Positions 1 through 10,576 of a DNA stretch of 32,000 nucleotides are shown here, piece after piece (position 1 is the stretch's first letter; each line of letters begins with the position of its first letter). The translations under genes and the position numbers were made by a program. The notes beneath the pieces are model-generated. The model made no database searches. It was given only the letters and a program-made list of their open reading frames with translations, and had not been told where the DNA came from. The stretch is from Raphidiopsis brookii D9 (lineage in GTDB: Bacteria; Cyanobacteriota; Cyanobacteriia; Cyanobacteriales; Nostocaceae), in NCBI GenBank assembly GCA_000175855.1, contig ACYB01000042.1:240001-272000 (forward strand), written 5' to 3'.

Positions 1-1
1 T

Positions 2-505
2 GTGCCTCAAGTCAATTATCCCAAATTTAACATGTTAGGGAGATACTATACCTTCACTCGAGAAAACGTTCAGTTTTTTGCTTTAGATACTAATGGCAAT
101 GCGGACTGGAAAAATCAACTAATTTGGTTGGATAAAGAACTCAACTCCAGCAAAGCTGTTTGGAAGATAGTATTTGGTCATCACCCAATTTATGCTTCTG
201 GTGTTTATGGGAGCAATGCCAATTTCATCAAAACCTTCACCCCCATATTTCAAAAGTATGGAGTTCAACTTTACATTAATGGTCACGAACATCATTATGA
301 GCGAACTAAACCCATTAATGGCACAACCTATCTGATTTGTGGTGCAGGTGCGGGAAGTCGTCCCGTTGGTCGCTCCCCATGGACAGAATACTCTACTAGG
401 GATTTGAGTTTTGCTGCTTATGATGTTTATGCAGATAGGATGGAAATTAACGCTATTGATACAAATAATCGTGTTTTTGATCGAGCAGTAATTCAAAGTA
501 ATTAA
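2..505 (+). CDS. Metallophosphoesterase, purple acid phosphatase-like, C-terminal part (5' truncated by window)
   Basis: Open from window start; metal-binding motifs FGHHPIYASG and NGHEHHYER typical of calcineurin-like/purple acid phosphatases; stop taa at 503-505. Confidence 0.85.
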   Translation: MPQVNYPKFNMLGRYYTFTRENVQFFALDTNGNADWKNQLIWLDKELNSSKAVWKIVFGHHPIYASGVYGSNANFIKTFTPIFQKYGVQLYINGHEHHYERTKPINGTTYLICGAGAGSRPVGRSPWTEYSTRDLSFAAYDVYADRMEINAIDTNNRVFDRAVIQSN

Positions 506-1365
506 GCAATTACTGATTGAAAAACAGTGCTGTTGTCCACCCTGTACATAAACTCCTTAGCCAGCGCTATCATGGTTTCATGGACATCACCATATTTTTG
601 TTTATAGGTTAACTGGTGGTCAAAATCCAATCCTTCAGCTATTTTCGATCTTTCTGGAATTTTGATCGTAAAAGTGGGAGGTAATAGAGGATTAACAGTA
701 ATAAAATTCAAATTATGTGTTTGAGAGCTAGTACCATTATAGCGGGAGATTATGGTACCCATAGGAGTGATGTGATGGTCATATTCTTTTTTAAATAGTC
801 TGAGTTTTTCCAGGAGTAATTCCAGACCATGAATTGACATGCGACTGGGTACACAGGGGATTAAACAAAAATCGCTAGCGTAGAAGGCACTTTTGATCAC
901 AGTGTTGATGCTAGGTGGACAATCAATGAGAACATAGTCATATTGTTCTTTTAAGGGTGTAAGAATGTTATGTAAAATAGCTACAGCATTAGCTGGTAAG
1001 TACTCTTGAACATCAAATAGTCTGGGACTACTAGGAATTAAATGCAGACAGTTAAAAGAGTTTTTATTTCTGACATTAGAAACCTGGTCTTGAACAATGA
1101 ACCTTGTACTATGGGGTTTTTCCAGGAAGTAATCGACATTTTTCAGTAAGAAAGGTAGAGTTAAACCCTTTTGGTCATATTCCCACTCCCATACATCTTC
1201 CGACATCATAGCACTAGTGAGATTAGTTTGGGGATCCAAGTCAATCAGAAGCACCCGTTTGTCATATATGGTGTCACCTGCTAAATATTCTGCTAAGGTC
1301 ATTACTAGAGTGGTTTTACCCACTCCACCTTTGAGGTTACAGATACTAATTACTTTGGCAGTCAT
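502..1365 (-). CDS. ParA/Soj-family ATPase (orphan, no ParB partner next to it)
   Basis: Deviant Walker A CNLKGGVGKTT, Walker A' VLLIDLDPQTNLT, Walker B YDYVLIDCPPS; 287 aa. Confidence 0.9.
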   Translation of the reverse strand: MTAKVISICNLKGGVGKTTLVMTLAEYLAGDTIYDKRVLLIDLDPQTNLTSAMMSEDVWEWEYDQKGLTLPFLLKNVDYFLEKPHSTRFIVQDQVSNVRNKNSFNCLHLIPSSPRLFDVQEYLPANAVAILHNILTPLKEQYDYVLIDCPPSINTVIKSAFYASDFCLIPCVPSRMSIHGLELLLEKLRLFKKEYDHHITPMGTIISRYNGTSSQTHNLNFITVNPLLPPTFTIKIPERSKIAEGLDFDHQLTYKQKYGDVHETMIALAKEFMYRVDNSTVFQSVIA

Positions 1366-1412
1366 AGTTTTTGGTAGATGGCTAGGTAGTCAATTATAGC
1401 GTTTCCTTACTT

Positions 1413-2252
1413 ATGGATAATCAGGAAAATAGTTGGCATGGAAAACTCGAGTTAGTCTATGCTCAACGCCAAAACTCCACCCAATTAATGTTCAGTCACA
1501 ATCAAGCACCCTTAAAAGTACAACGCCCTTTTTATCCAGAAGGTGAAAAAATATGTCACAGTGTGATTCTGCATACCGCTGGAGGTGTGGTAGCAGGCGA
1601 TCGCCTGAGTTCAAATATTCACTTACAATCGGAGACGGACGTACTAATAACCACAGCAGCTGCCAGTAAAATTTATCGGAGCAATGGATTGTATGCGAAA
1701 CAAACAGTAAGCATCAAAATAGATAGAGGATCATGTTTAGAATACCTACCTCAAGAGACAATAGTATTTAATGGTGGGAGATATAGACAAGACGTGCGGA
1801 TAGAATTAGGAGAAGGGAGTAGTTTTATAGGGTGGGAAATCAGTAGATTGGGGAGAACAGCAAGAGGGGAAAAATTCCTGGAAGGGGAAATGCTATCCCA
1901 CACAGAAATATGGCAAGGGGAAGTACCACTATGGATAGACAGACAACATATACCTGGTGGTGTAGAAGCATTTTACAACCCTCATAGTTTAAAAGGGAAC
2001 CCGGTAATTGGCAGTTTTGTCTGTGTTGGTTTACCCATATCTGAGGAAAGGATAGAAAAGTCCCGTTCTGGGATTGCTAATGGGTGGGATGCTGGTGTGA
2101 CCAGGTTAGAACAGGGAATATTGTGTAGATATCGTGGTAATTCCACATCCTGGGCAAAGAAATGGTTTACAAATGTTTGGCAGGATTTGCGACAATCTTT
2201 GTTAAACCGTGGTAATTGTATTCCTAGAGTCTGGCAAATTACCAGGAACTAA
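1413..2252 (+). CDS. ureD: Urease accessory protein UreD
   Basis: 279 aa with UreD-like [26 protein letters not shown] and [12 protein letters not shown] segments; directly upstream of ureA. Confidence 0.95.
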   Translation: MDNQENSWHGKLELVYAQRQNSTQLMFSHNQAPLKVQRPFYPEGEKICHSVILHTAGGVVAGDRLSSNIHLQSETDVLITTAAASKIYRSNGLYAKQTVSIKIDRGSCLEYLPQETIVFNGGRYRQDVRIELGEGSSFIGWEISRLGRTARGEKFLEGEMLSHTEIWQGEVPLWIDRQHIPGGVEAFYNPHSLKGNPVIGSFVCVGLPISEERIEKSRSGIANGWDAGVTRLEQGILCRYRGNSTSWAKKWFTNVWQDLRQSLLNRGNCIPRVWQITRN

Positions 2253-2265
2253 CCAGGAGGTAAAA

Positions 2266-2568
2266 ATGCAACTAACACCCCAGGAAAAAGACAAGTTATT
2301 AATATTCACAGCTGCTTTAGTAGCTGAAAGAAGAAAAAATCGAGGATTGAAGTTAAATTATCCCGAGTCCATAGCCCTAATTTCCGCTTCCATTCTTGAA
2401 GGAGCAAGGGATGGACAAACAGTAGCACAACTAATGAGTTATGGAACAACTCTACTAACCCAAGAGGACGTAATGGAGGGTGTAGCAGAAATGATTCATG
2501 AAGTGCAAGTGGAAGCTACATTTCCCGATGGCACAAAATTAGTAACCGTTCACAATCCCATTCGATAG
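2266..2568 (+). CDS. ureA: Urease subunit gamma
   Basis: [34 protein letters not shown]...VTVHNPIR; internal ATG at 2266 preceded by aggagg is a better start than the ORF-track start 2209. Confidence 0.96.
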   Translation: MQLTPQEKDKLLIFTAALVAERRKNRGLKLNYPESIALISASILEGARDGQTVAQLMSYGTTLLTQEDVMEGVAEMIHEVQVEATFPDGTKLVTVHNPIR

Positions 2569-2578
2569 AGGAACCAGC

Positions 2579-2884
2579 ATGATTCCAGGAGAAATCATTA
2601 CCTTACCAGGTGACATAGAACTAAACGCCAGTCGCAGCACCATCAACCTTATAGTGGCCAATACAGGAGATAGACCCATCCAAATTGGTTCACACTTTCA
2701 CTTTTATGAAGTTAATAGCTCCCTGAAATTTGACAGGGAAAAAGCACGGGGAATGAGACTAGATATCCCAGCAGGAACAGCAGTCAGATTTGAACCTGGA
2801 GATGAGAAAGAAATTACCCTAGTTCCTTTAGTAGGGAGGAGAGAAATCTATGGGTTCAACGGTAAAATTAACGGTAAGTTATAA
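2579..2884 (+). CDS. ureB: Urease subunit beta
   Basis: [16 protein letters not shown]...[21 protein letters not shown]...; 101 aa. Confidence 0.97.
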   Translation: MIPGEIITLPGDIELNASRSTINLIVANTGDRPIQIGSHFHFYEVNSSLKFDREKARGMRLDIPAGTAVRFEPGDEKEITLVPLVGRREIYGFNGKINGKL

Positions 2885-2949
2885 GAACAAGCGCATAAAT
2901 AAAACAAAGAAAGTAACTAAGTCAGTCAAAAGAATAAATAGGAGAAATA

Positions 2950-4659
2950 ATGCCTTACAAAATGAATCGCCGGGCTTATGCTGAAACATACGGGCCCACA
3001 GTAGGAGACAAAATTAGATTGGCAGACACTGAGTTATTTATAGAAGTAGAGAGGGACTTCACCACCTATGGAGATGAGGTCAAATTTGGTGGAGGAAAAG
3101 TGATTCGGGATGGTATGGGACAATCCCCAATTGCCAATAGGGATGGTGCTGTAGATTTAGTTATTACTAACGCCCTAATTTTGGATTGGTGGGGTGTGGT
3201 TAAAGCAGACGTTGGTATTAAAGATGGGAAAATTCATAAGATTGGTAAAGCTGGAAATCCCTACATTCAAGACAACATAGACATCATTATTGGACCTGGA
3301 ACTGAAGCTCTAGCTGGGGAAGGTATGATTCTCACTGCTGGTGGAATAGACACCCACATACATTTTATTTGTCCGCAACAGATTGAGGTAGCTATTGCTT
3401 CTGGGATTACCACCATGATTGGTGGAGGAACGGGACCTGCTACGGGTACAAATGCCACAACTTGTACCCCGGGACCATGGAATATTTATCGAATGCTACA
3501 AGCAGCAGATGCTTTCCCTGTCAATTTAGGATTTTCTGGTAAGGGTAATACTAGTCAACCTCAAGGACTAATAGAACAAATAGAAGCTGGAGTAATAGGC
3601 TTAAAACTCCATGAGGACTGGGGCACTACACCAGCAACAATTGACACCTGTTTAACCATTGCTGATGAATATGATATTCAGGTAGCTATTCACACTGATA
3701 CCTTAAACGAAGCTGGTTTTGTTGAGGATACCATTGCAGCATTTAAACATCGCGCCATTCATACCTACCACACAGAGGGAGCAGGGGGAGGTCACGCACC
3801 TGATATTATTAAAGTGTGTGGACAAGCCAATGTGTTACCATCATCCACCAATCCCACTCGTCCTTATACTCTCAATACACTAGATGAACATCTGGATATG
3901 CTAATGGTGTGTCATCATCTAGACCCTAGCATTTCTGAGGATGTGGCATTTGCCGAATCTCGTATTAGAAGAGAGACCATTGCAGCTGAAGATATCCTTC
4001 ACGATTTAGGTGGATTTAGTATGATTTCTTCCGATTCTCAAGCTATGGGAAGGGTAGGAGAAGTAATCATTAGAACCTGGCAAACTGCTCATAAAATGAA
4101 AGTACAGCGGGGTGAACTCTCCACCCCGGGAAAAGGAGCAGATAATTTTCGCGCCCAAAGATATATAGCAAAATACACTATTAATCCTGCTATTACTCAT
4201 GGGATTGCTGATTATGTTGGTTCAGTGGAAGAGGGCAAAATGGCGGATCTATGTTTATGGAACCCAGCCTTTTTCGGTGTGAAACCAGAAATAGTAATTA
4301 AGGGGGGAATGATTGCCTGGGCCCAAATGGGTGATGCTAATGCCAGTATTCCCACACCTCAACCTGTTCACAGCCGCCCTATGTTTGGTAATTTTGCTGG
4401 TGCTCGTCACACAACATCACTAACCTTCATGTCTCAGATAGGTTTATTCAAAGAGATTCCCCAAATGTTAGGACTGAAGAAATCAGTAGTTGCTGTTGGC
4501 AAAACTAGAACAATTACCAAACAGGATATGAAACTGAATGATTGGTTACCGCGCATTGAAGTTGATCCAGAAACCTACGAAGTAAGAGCAAATGGAGAAT
4601 TATTAACTTGTGAACCAGCTACAATTTTACCAATGGCACAAAGATATTTTTTGTTTTAA
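2950..4659 (+). CDS. ureC: Urease subunit alpha
   Basis: 569 aa; [46 protein letters not shown] nickel-site and active-site motifs. Confidence 0.98.
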   Translation: MPYKMNRRAYAETYGPTVGDKIRLADTELFIEVERDFTTYGDEVKFGGGKVIRDGMGQSPIANRDGAVDLVITNALILDWWGVVKADVGIKDGKIHKIGKAGNPYIQDNIDIIIGPGTEALAGEGMILTAGGIDTHIHFICPQQIEVAIASGITTMIGGGTGPATGTNATTCTPGPWNIYRMLQAADAFPVNLGFSGKGNTSQPQGLIEQIEAGVIGLKLHEDWGTTPATIDTCLTIADEYDIQVAIHTDTLNEAGFVEDTIAAFKHRAIHTYHTEGAGGGHAPDIIKVCGQANVLPSSTNPTRPYTLNTLDEHLDMLMVCHHLDPSISEDVAFAESRIRRETIAAEDILHDLGGFSMISSDSQAMGRVGEVIIRTWQTAHKMKVQRGELSTPGKGADNFRAQRYIAKYTINPAITHGIADYVGSVEEGKMADLCLWNPAFFGVKPEIVIKGGMIAWAQMGDANASIPTPQPVHSRPMFGNFAGARHTTSLTFMSQIGLFKEIPQMLGLKKSVVAVGKTRTITKQDMKLNDWLPRIEVDPETYEVRANGELLTCEPATILPMAQRYFLF

Positions 4660-4691
4660 ATTGAGAAGCTGTTAACCTAGAGGAAGATTAC

Positions 4692-6087
4692 ATGATTTCC
4701 ATTGCTAGTATAGACCCAAATACCATAACCACCTATCTCCAAACACAAAGAGAATTCTTTGCCACAGGTAAAACTAAAGATGTTAATTTTCGCCTGGCAC
4801 AACTGCAAAAATTGAGAACCCTGGTGACTGATAATAAAGAGTCTATTATCGCAGCTCTAAAGGGTGATTTAAATAAACCGGAATTTGAAAGTTATGCCAT
4901 GGAAATCGGAGCTATTAAAGAAATAGATTATGCCATCAAGCACATAAAAAAATGGACTAAACCGAAAAAGACCGGAGTTCCCCTGGAATTCTTTAACTAT
5001 TCGGCTAAAATATTGCCTGAACCCTTAGGAATGGTTTTAATCATTTCTCCCTGGAATTATCCATTGCAGTTGGTTATTTCCCCCTTGGTGGGATCTATCG
5101 CTGCAGGTAATTGCACCATTATTAAACCTTCCGAACTAGCACCCCATACAGCCACATTGCTAACCCAACTGATCAGTGAATATTTTCCCCCAGAATATAT
5201 TAGGGTGGTAGAAGGTGGGGTGGAAACTAGCAAGCAGTTACTAGAACAAAAATTTGATCACATTTTCTTTACAGGTGGTACTGCTATTGGTAAGATAGTT
5301 ATGACAGCAGCAGCTAAACATCTCACACCAGTCACCCTAGAATTAGGTGGCAAAAGTCCTTGTATTGTTGACAAAGAAATTAATCTAGATCACACCAGCA
5401 AACGTATTATTTGGGGCAAGTTTATTAATGCTGGTCAAACTTGTATTGCACCCGACTATTTGTTGGTAAACAAAAAAATTAAAATCAGCTTTAATCAATT
5501 CTCTCCAGCAAATTCTTCAAGAATTCTATGGAGATAACCCAGAACTGAGTCCAGATTTTGCCCGAATTATCAATAAACATCATTTCCATAGACTAACCGA
5601 ACTACTTAAAGGTGGTAGAGTCATTGTGGGAGGGGAAATCAACCCAGAACAGTTATATATAGCACCAACACTAATAGATAATATTTCCCTAACTGATAAA
5701 ATTATGGAAGAGGAAATATTTGGACCCATTTTACCCATAATTGAATATACAGATATTCAAGAAGCAATAGAAATCATTAACTCCCAACCTAAACCCTTGG
5801 CCCTGTATCTGTTCTCTGAAAATAAAAAGCTGCAAGAACAGGTTTTGACTAACACTTCATCAGGTACGGTATGTATCAATGACACGATTATTCAAGTAGC
5901 AGTTTCTTCCTTACCATTTGGTGGGGTTGGTGATAGTGGTATGGGTAGCTATCACGGCAAAGTAGGATTTGACACTTTCTCTCACCATAAAAGTGTTCTG
6001 TATAATGGTTTCCGATTGGATCTAAACTGGCGTTATGCACCATATTTAGGTAAGATGTCCACCTTGAAAAAGATTATTGGAGCCTAG
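4692..6087 (+). CDS. Aldehyde dehydrogenase (class 3 / fatty aldehyde dehydrogenase-like), interrupted by one frameshift
   Basis: Part 1 (4692..5537) has SPWNYPL, FTGGTAIGK, LELGGKSP, GQTCIAPDY; part 2 (from about 5490 in the next frame, ORF track 5626..6087) has EEEIFGPILPI and PFGGVGDSGMGSYHGKVGFDTFSH. Restoring 1 nt gives a continuous 464-aa protein. Confidence 0.88.
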
Positions 6088-6137
6088 GTTTTTACAGTCC
6101 CCTCCAGAAAAAGCCAGTGCTTTTCCTGGAGATGTAT

Positions 6138-6308
6138 CTAGTTGGATTCTTCGTCTTCGTTGGTGGGATAAACAAAAGTAGAACGTCCAGACAAAATTGA
6201 TTTACCCAGAGAAAGAGCTTTTTTAGCCTCAACAGCAGCTTTATGTCTCCAAGTAGCTCGACGCTTGTCTCGTTTTGATTTAGAGGTTTTCTTCTTAGGA
6301 ACGGCCAT
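6138..6308 (-). CDS. rpmF: 50S ribosomal protein L32 (bL32)
   Basis: Reverse-strand translation [56 protein letters not shown], 56 aa; missing from the ORF track because it is shorter than 60 aa. Confidence 0.95.
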   Translation of the reverse strand: MAVPKKKTSKSKRDKRRATWRHKAAVEAKKALSLGKSILSGRSTFVYPTNEDEESN

Positions 6309-6518
6309 AACAACCAATATGGTGATTTTTGAGAACCTCCCTATTTTAGTCCATCAACTGAGAATTTATCATCAATTTTTCAATCTGTGTTGGATTTATC
6401 TGCCAAATTGGCTAATAAATAAGCAAGGTATGGTCTATAATGGCTAGCAATTGTAACTTGTTTATACCACACTTCATGATATTCTCTTTCAAGCACCTAA
6501 AAACCGACCAAGGGTGGG

Positions 6519-7959
6519 ATGGCAAATTACTGGGCAATTACTATTGGCATCAATCAGTATGAGTTATTTCAACCTTTAGGTTGGGCTCAAAACGATGCAG
6601 AAGCATTAAACGATTTATTAGTGACCGAATTGGGGTTCTCAGAGGAGAATTGTCTGTTAATGACAAATTCTTCTCGACCAAGAGGAAAAAGGTCTTCTCA
6701 CCCCAACCGAGAAAATATATTATATTTCTTGCACGAACTGGAGGCAAAATTTTGGCAACCGGGAGATTATCTCTGGTTTTTCTTGAGTGGTTATGGTGTT
6801 AATTATAACAACAAAGACTATTTATTGCCCCAGGATGCCAATCCAGACAGGATCTGGGAAACTGCTATACCAGTTGGGGAAATCATGCAAGGTTTCCAAA
6901 CTGCTGGGCTAAATGTCTTACTGATATTTGATATTAATCGTGCTTTTGGAACACAAGCAGATGCTCCTGTAGGTCAGGAAATGCTCGATCTGGCCCAGGA
7001 ATTAAATATGGCCATTATGATGTCTTGCAGTCCAGAACAATTCTCCCATGAAAGCAGTGAATTAGGCCATGGTTTTTTTACTGCAGCATTATTAGAAGCT
7101 TTATTTTCTGCCCAATGTCGTAGTTTAAAAGATTTAGACTCTTATTTAAGTTATCTCACTCCACAACTATGTCAACATCATTGGCGACCTATTCAAAACC
7201 CTGTAATTGTTATCCCTGAGAGTTTCAATTCCATGTTCCCAGCTTCATATCTAGAAGAAGCGTATAAGCAAGATTCCCCTGAACAGTTAATTTTTCCCCA
7301 GGAAAGTTTCGCCCAGATTTTACCCTTAGCTCAGGAGATCCACTCCCAAAAGTCTCCTGATTTGAATGTCTCCTTACCGGAAAATCAAATAATAGCAGAA
7401 AATAAAAATCAATCTGGGGGTCACGGGGGTAGTAGACTTATCCCTATTCCTCCCTTTGCTAGGGATTATGCTCAACCTTCCACTCCACAATCAGCTCCCC
7501 TTTGGCAACAATTTATTTGGTGGGGGGTAGTACTATTGTTGGGGTGATTGTGATGGCAACAATAATTCTACAAAATCATGCCAGTTTCCGACTGCATAAA
7601 TTGTCCACGTCCCATGATACCAGCAGCACATCAGAATTTTCCCAAAATTTAACTTCTCCTCTCTTGGATAGGGCCAAATCCTTCATTCGACCAGACCAAG
7701 CATCTAGTTATGGTGATGCCATTAAAATGGCTAAAAAATACACCCGGGACAACCGGAGTTTGATCTGGCCCAAGCTGCTATTAATGACTGGAGCGACCAA
7801 ATTTTACAACTTGCTAAAAACTATGCTGATCAGGGAGAACTTAGCCAAGCTATAGAAACTGCTAGTTTAGTACCCCCCCAAACTTCCGCTTTTGAGGATG
7901 CTCAAGATGCCATTCAAAAATGGCGTAGACAAAAGGATCGGGGGGATGGGAATTCCTAA
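6519..7959 (+). CDS. Caspase-fold (peptidase C14 / orthocaspase-like) protein with C-terminal TM segment and short cytoplasmic/periplasmic tail; two apparent frameshifts
   Basis: N-terminal MANYWAITIGINQYE...LGWAQNDAEALNDLL, YLWFFLSGYGVN...DYLLPQDAN, GFFTAALLEAL; TM WQQFIWWGVVLLLGVIVMATIIL; reading continues across frames to a stop at 7957-7959. Confidence 0.8.
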
Positions 7960-8321
7960 GCTTCACCACATTCGTCTGCTAAATAACATAGCGCCCGAAA
8001 TCTTAGATAGGCCAGCTGGTCATAAAAGGGATTGAGCTTACACAAGGGGGGGATGTGAAACAGGACTTTTCCCAGTAGTTTTACATCCCGCTCAAAAGGA
8101 CACTGGGCGGGAATTAGTTTACACAGCATGTGGGCAAAGTCCCGATCCTGCACTTTGATATTATCTAACCAGTTACGTACAGGCCGCAGCACATCCCATC
8201 CAGACTGGGAATGCTGTTCCTCCTTGACCACACTACCGGAATGGTGATTTGCTTCCATTTGGTGTGGCGATACCCAACTGGTCAAAAAAATCCTTTTGGT
8301 TGTATTCTCAAATACTTTCAT
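7956..8321 (-). CDS. Mo-dependent nitrogenase C-terminal-domain family protein
   Basis: VRNWLDNIKVQDRDFAHMLCKLIPAQCPFERDVKLLGKVLFHIPPLCKLNPFYDQLAYLRFRALCYLADECGE matches the cyanobacterial Mo-nitro_C family pattern. Confidence 0.85.
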   Translation of the reverse strand: MKVFENTTKRIFLTSWVSPHQMEANHHSGSVVKEEQHSQSGWDVLRPVRNWLDNIKVQDRDFAHMLCKLIPAQCPFERDVKLLGKVLFHIPPLCKLNPFYDQLAYLRFRALCYLADECGEA

Positions 8322-8522
8322 GTTTACTCCTCTTTTATTATGAGGGTTGTTTGTGACTGATGAATATACAAGTCGACAATTACTTCTACCGGAATAATAA
8401 CTTGCTACCTCCCCAATTTTAGTTCACACCTGAACCTTTACATGGGTTTTATGACTAATGTCATAAATCTTAACATATCTGGGGAAAGGTGGCAATTTGT
8501 TGATTTCCACCCCTCTCAGTTC

Positions 8523-10292
8523 CTATGAGGCCACAGCGGTAGAACGCGGCCTTCTTCTTCTACCATCAGAACCTTTAACTTCGGTTTCGGGTAATTGTTC
8601 GGGAACTTGTAGTAACAATGTTACAGAAGCCTGACATTGTAATTCCCTCCGCAGTGACCGACCTAACTCTTTCTCTAGGGTGTCTTGCAGTCCACCCCAG
8701 TCCACATCACTACTACCTGGGGTGCAAAAATCAGACCAACGAACACTCAGAATCTCTTCAATCCGCTGCTGTACCCACTTCAATAGTAGCGATCGCTCGA
8801 TGCTGGTGACTACACCTCGGAGGTAGATTTCTGGTTTAGCCAGCAGTTTACCATTCCAATCAATGGCTGCTGCTACTGTTGCTAGTCCTTCTGCTGCCAT
8901 AGTTTGTCTTTCTTGTAGGACTTTGGCGCTTACCATTCCTGAACTAGTGGTATCTACCAGCTCGATACCGGAGGGGACTTGAGCAGCAATGCGGATGGAG
9001 TTTTCTGCTAATTCTATCACATCTCCATTGCGGATGATTACCATATTTTCTGGGGAAATTCCCATACTTTGGGCGGTTTCCGAGTGCTTAACCAGCATCC
9101 GGTGTTCCCCATGGACAGGTACAAAAAATTTAGGACGGGTTAGAGCTATCATCAGTTTTTGATCTTCCTGACAACCATGACCGGAAACGTGTACTCCTTT
9201 CTCTCTACCGTAGACTACTTTGGCTCCCTGGATCATTAGTTTGTCAATGGTGTTGACCACGGCAATGGTGTTACCAGGAATGGGGTTGGCAGAGAAAACT
9301 ACTGTGTCTCCCTCTCGAATTTTGATGTGGGGGTGTTCTTTATTGGCAATACGGGTCATGGCGGCCATGGTTTCCCCTTGGGAACCAGTGGTCAGAATCA
9401 CTACGTTCTCATCTGGTAAGTTGCGAATGGTATGTAAGGGCTGAAATAGATTGTCTTCACACTTGATGTAACCCAGATTACGGGCATGGGCAATGAAGTT
9501 CAACATTGAACGTCCTATAACTGTTACCACCCGATTATGTTCCTTGGCCAGCTGCAGTACTATGTTGATCCTATGAACGCTGGAAGCAAATGTGGTGACA
9601 AATAGCCTTCCCCTCGCTTGAGAAAATACTCGATCCAGATTGGGATAAACCGCACGCTCTGAAGGAGTAAAACCTGGCACCTCCGCATTGGTTGAGTCGC
9701 TCAGGAGACACAATACTCCCTTTTCTCCATGTTCTGCTAGACGCTGTAAATCAAAGGTTTCTCCGTCTATGGGCGTGTGGTCAATTTTGAAATCCCCTGT
9801 GTGAATTACCACCCCTATTGGAGTATGAATAGCAACGGTAAAACTGTCCGCTATGGAATGGGTATTGCGAATATATTCCACAAAAAAGGACTTGCCAATG
9901 CGTACCACGTCACGAGGCATTACCTTTCTTAATTGGGTGCGATCGCTCACTCCTGCTTCTTCTAGTTTTCCTTCCAGTACAGCTAGTGCTAATCTGGGAC
10001 CGTAAATAACCGGGATATCAAACTGTTTCAGGTGAAATGCTATGCCACCTATGTGGTCTTCGTGACCATGGGTAACAATCATTCCCCGAATCTTATGCTT
10101 ATTTTCCCTCAAGTATGTGGTGTCGGGTAATACTATATTCACACCGTGCATAGCTTCTGTAGGGAAAGCCAGTCCAGCATCCAGGAGAATAATTTCATCC
10201 TCGTACTCGAAAACACATGTGTTTTTCCCTATTTCGTGCAGTCCCCCCAAGGGAATAATTTTGAGGGCAGAATTAACTTCGTTTCTAGCCAT
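8523..10292 (-). CDS. rnj: Ribonuclease J
   Basis: 589 aa metallo-beta-lactamase/beta-CASP protein: VTHGHEDHIGG, IHTGDFKIDHTP, LLSDSTNAEVPGFTPSE, PVHGEHRML. Confidence 0.95.
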   Translation of the reverse strand: MARNEVNSALKIIPLGGLHEIGKNTCVFEYEDEIILLDAGLAFPTEAMHGVNIVLPDTTYLRENKHKIRGMIVTHGHEDHIGGIAFHLKQFDIPVIYGPRLALAVLEGKLEEAGVSDRTQLRKVMPRDVVRIGKSFFVEYIRNTHSIADSFTVAIHTPIGVVIHTGDFKIDHTPIDGETFDLQRLAEHGEKGVLCLLSDSTNAEVPGFTPSERAVYPNLDRVFSQARGRLFVTTFASSVHRINIVLQLAKEHNRVVTVIGRSMLNFIAHARNLGYIKCEDNLFQPLHTIRNLPDENVVILTTGSQGETMAAMTRIANKEHPHIKIREGDTVVFSANPIPGNTIAVVNTIDKLMIQGAKVVYGREKGVHVSGHGCQEDQKLMIALTRPKFFVPVHGEHRMLVKHSETAQSMGISPENMVIIRNGDVIELAENSIRIAAQVPSGIELVDTTSSGMVSAKVLQERQTMAAEGLATVAAAIDWNGKLLAKPEIYLRGVVTSIERSLLLKWVQQRIEEILSVRWSDFCTPGSSDVDWGGLQDTLEKELGRSLRRELQCQASVTLLLQVPEQLPETEVKGSDGRRRRPRSTAVAS

Positions 10293-10576
10293 TGTCTCCT
10301 AGATATTGTGTCAGTGATCCGTCAGTTGAAAGTTAGATTTATCGTATAAAATAGAACGCTTGTATATCATCTCCCCCAATATGGTCAACCACCAAACCCT
10401 GGGGTAAAGATACTCCTGTGTATTTTGTCAAGGCACTTTGTTTATATACATTTTCACATTCTTGTTAAAGTTTTAACACTTGTTATTTAGAGATGAAACT
10501 TCTTCAATGCTACCTGTAGGTAATCTTTATCATTCTGCTTATAAAAGTACCAATGAAGATATTTTAAAATGGTGAT

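Noticed and set aside
502-1365. ParA-type ATPase as the carboxysome-positioning protein McdA
   Set aside because: Walker A is canonical KGGVGKTT and there is no McdB-like gene or carboxysome gene adjacent, so the specific assignment is not supported.
6092-6447. ORFs 6092..6313 (-) and 6265..6447 (+)
   Set aside because: They overlap the rpmF gene in other frames; the bL32 protein explains this DNA.
6519-7959. Active metacaspase/orthocaspase-based immune or cell-death effector
   Set aside because: Both catalytic positions are substituted (Tyr, Asn) and no sensor or defence partner gene lies next to it.
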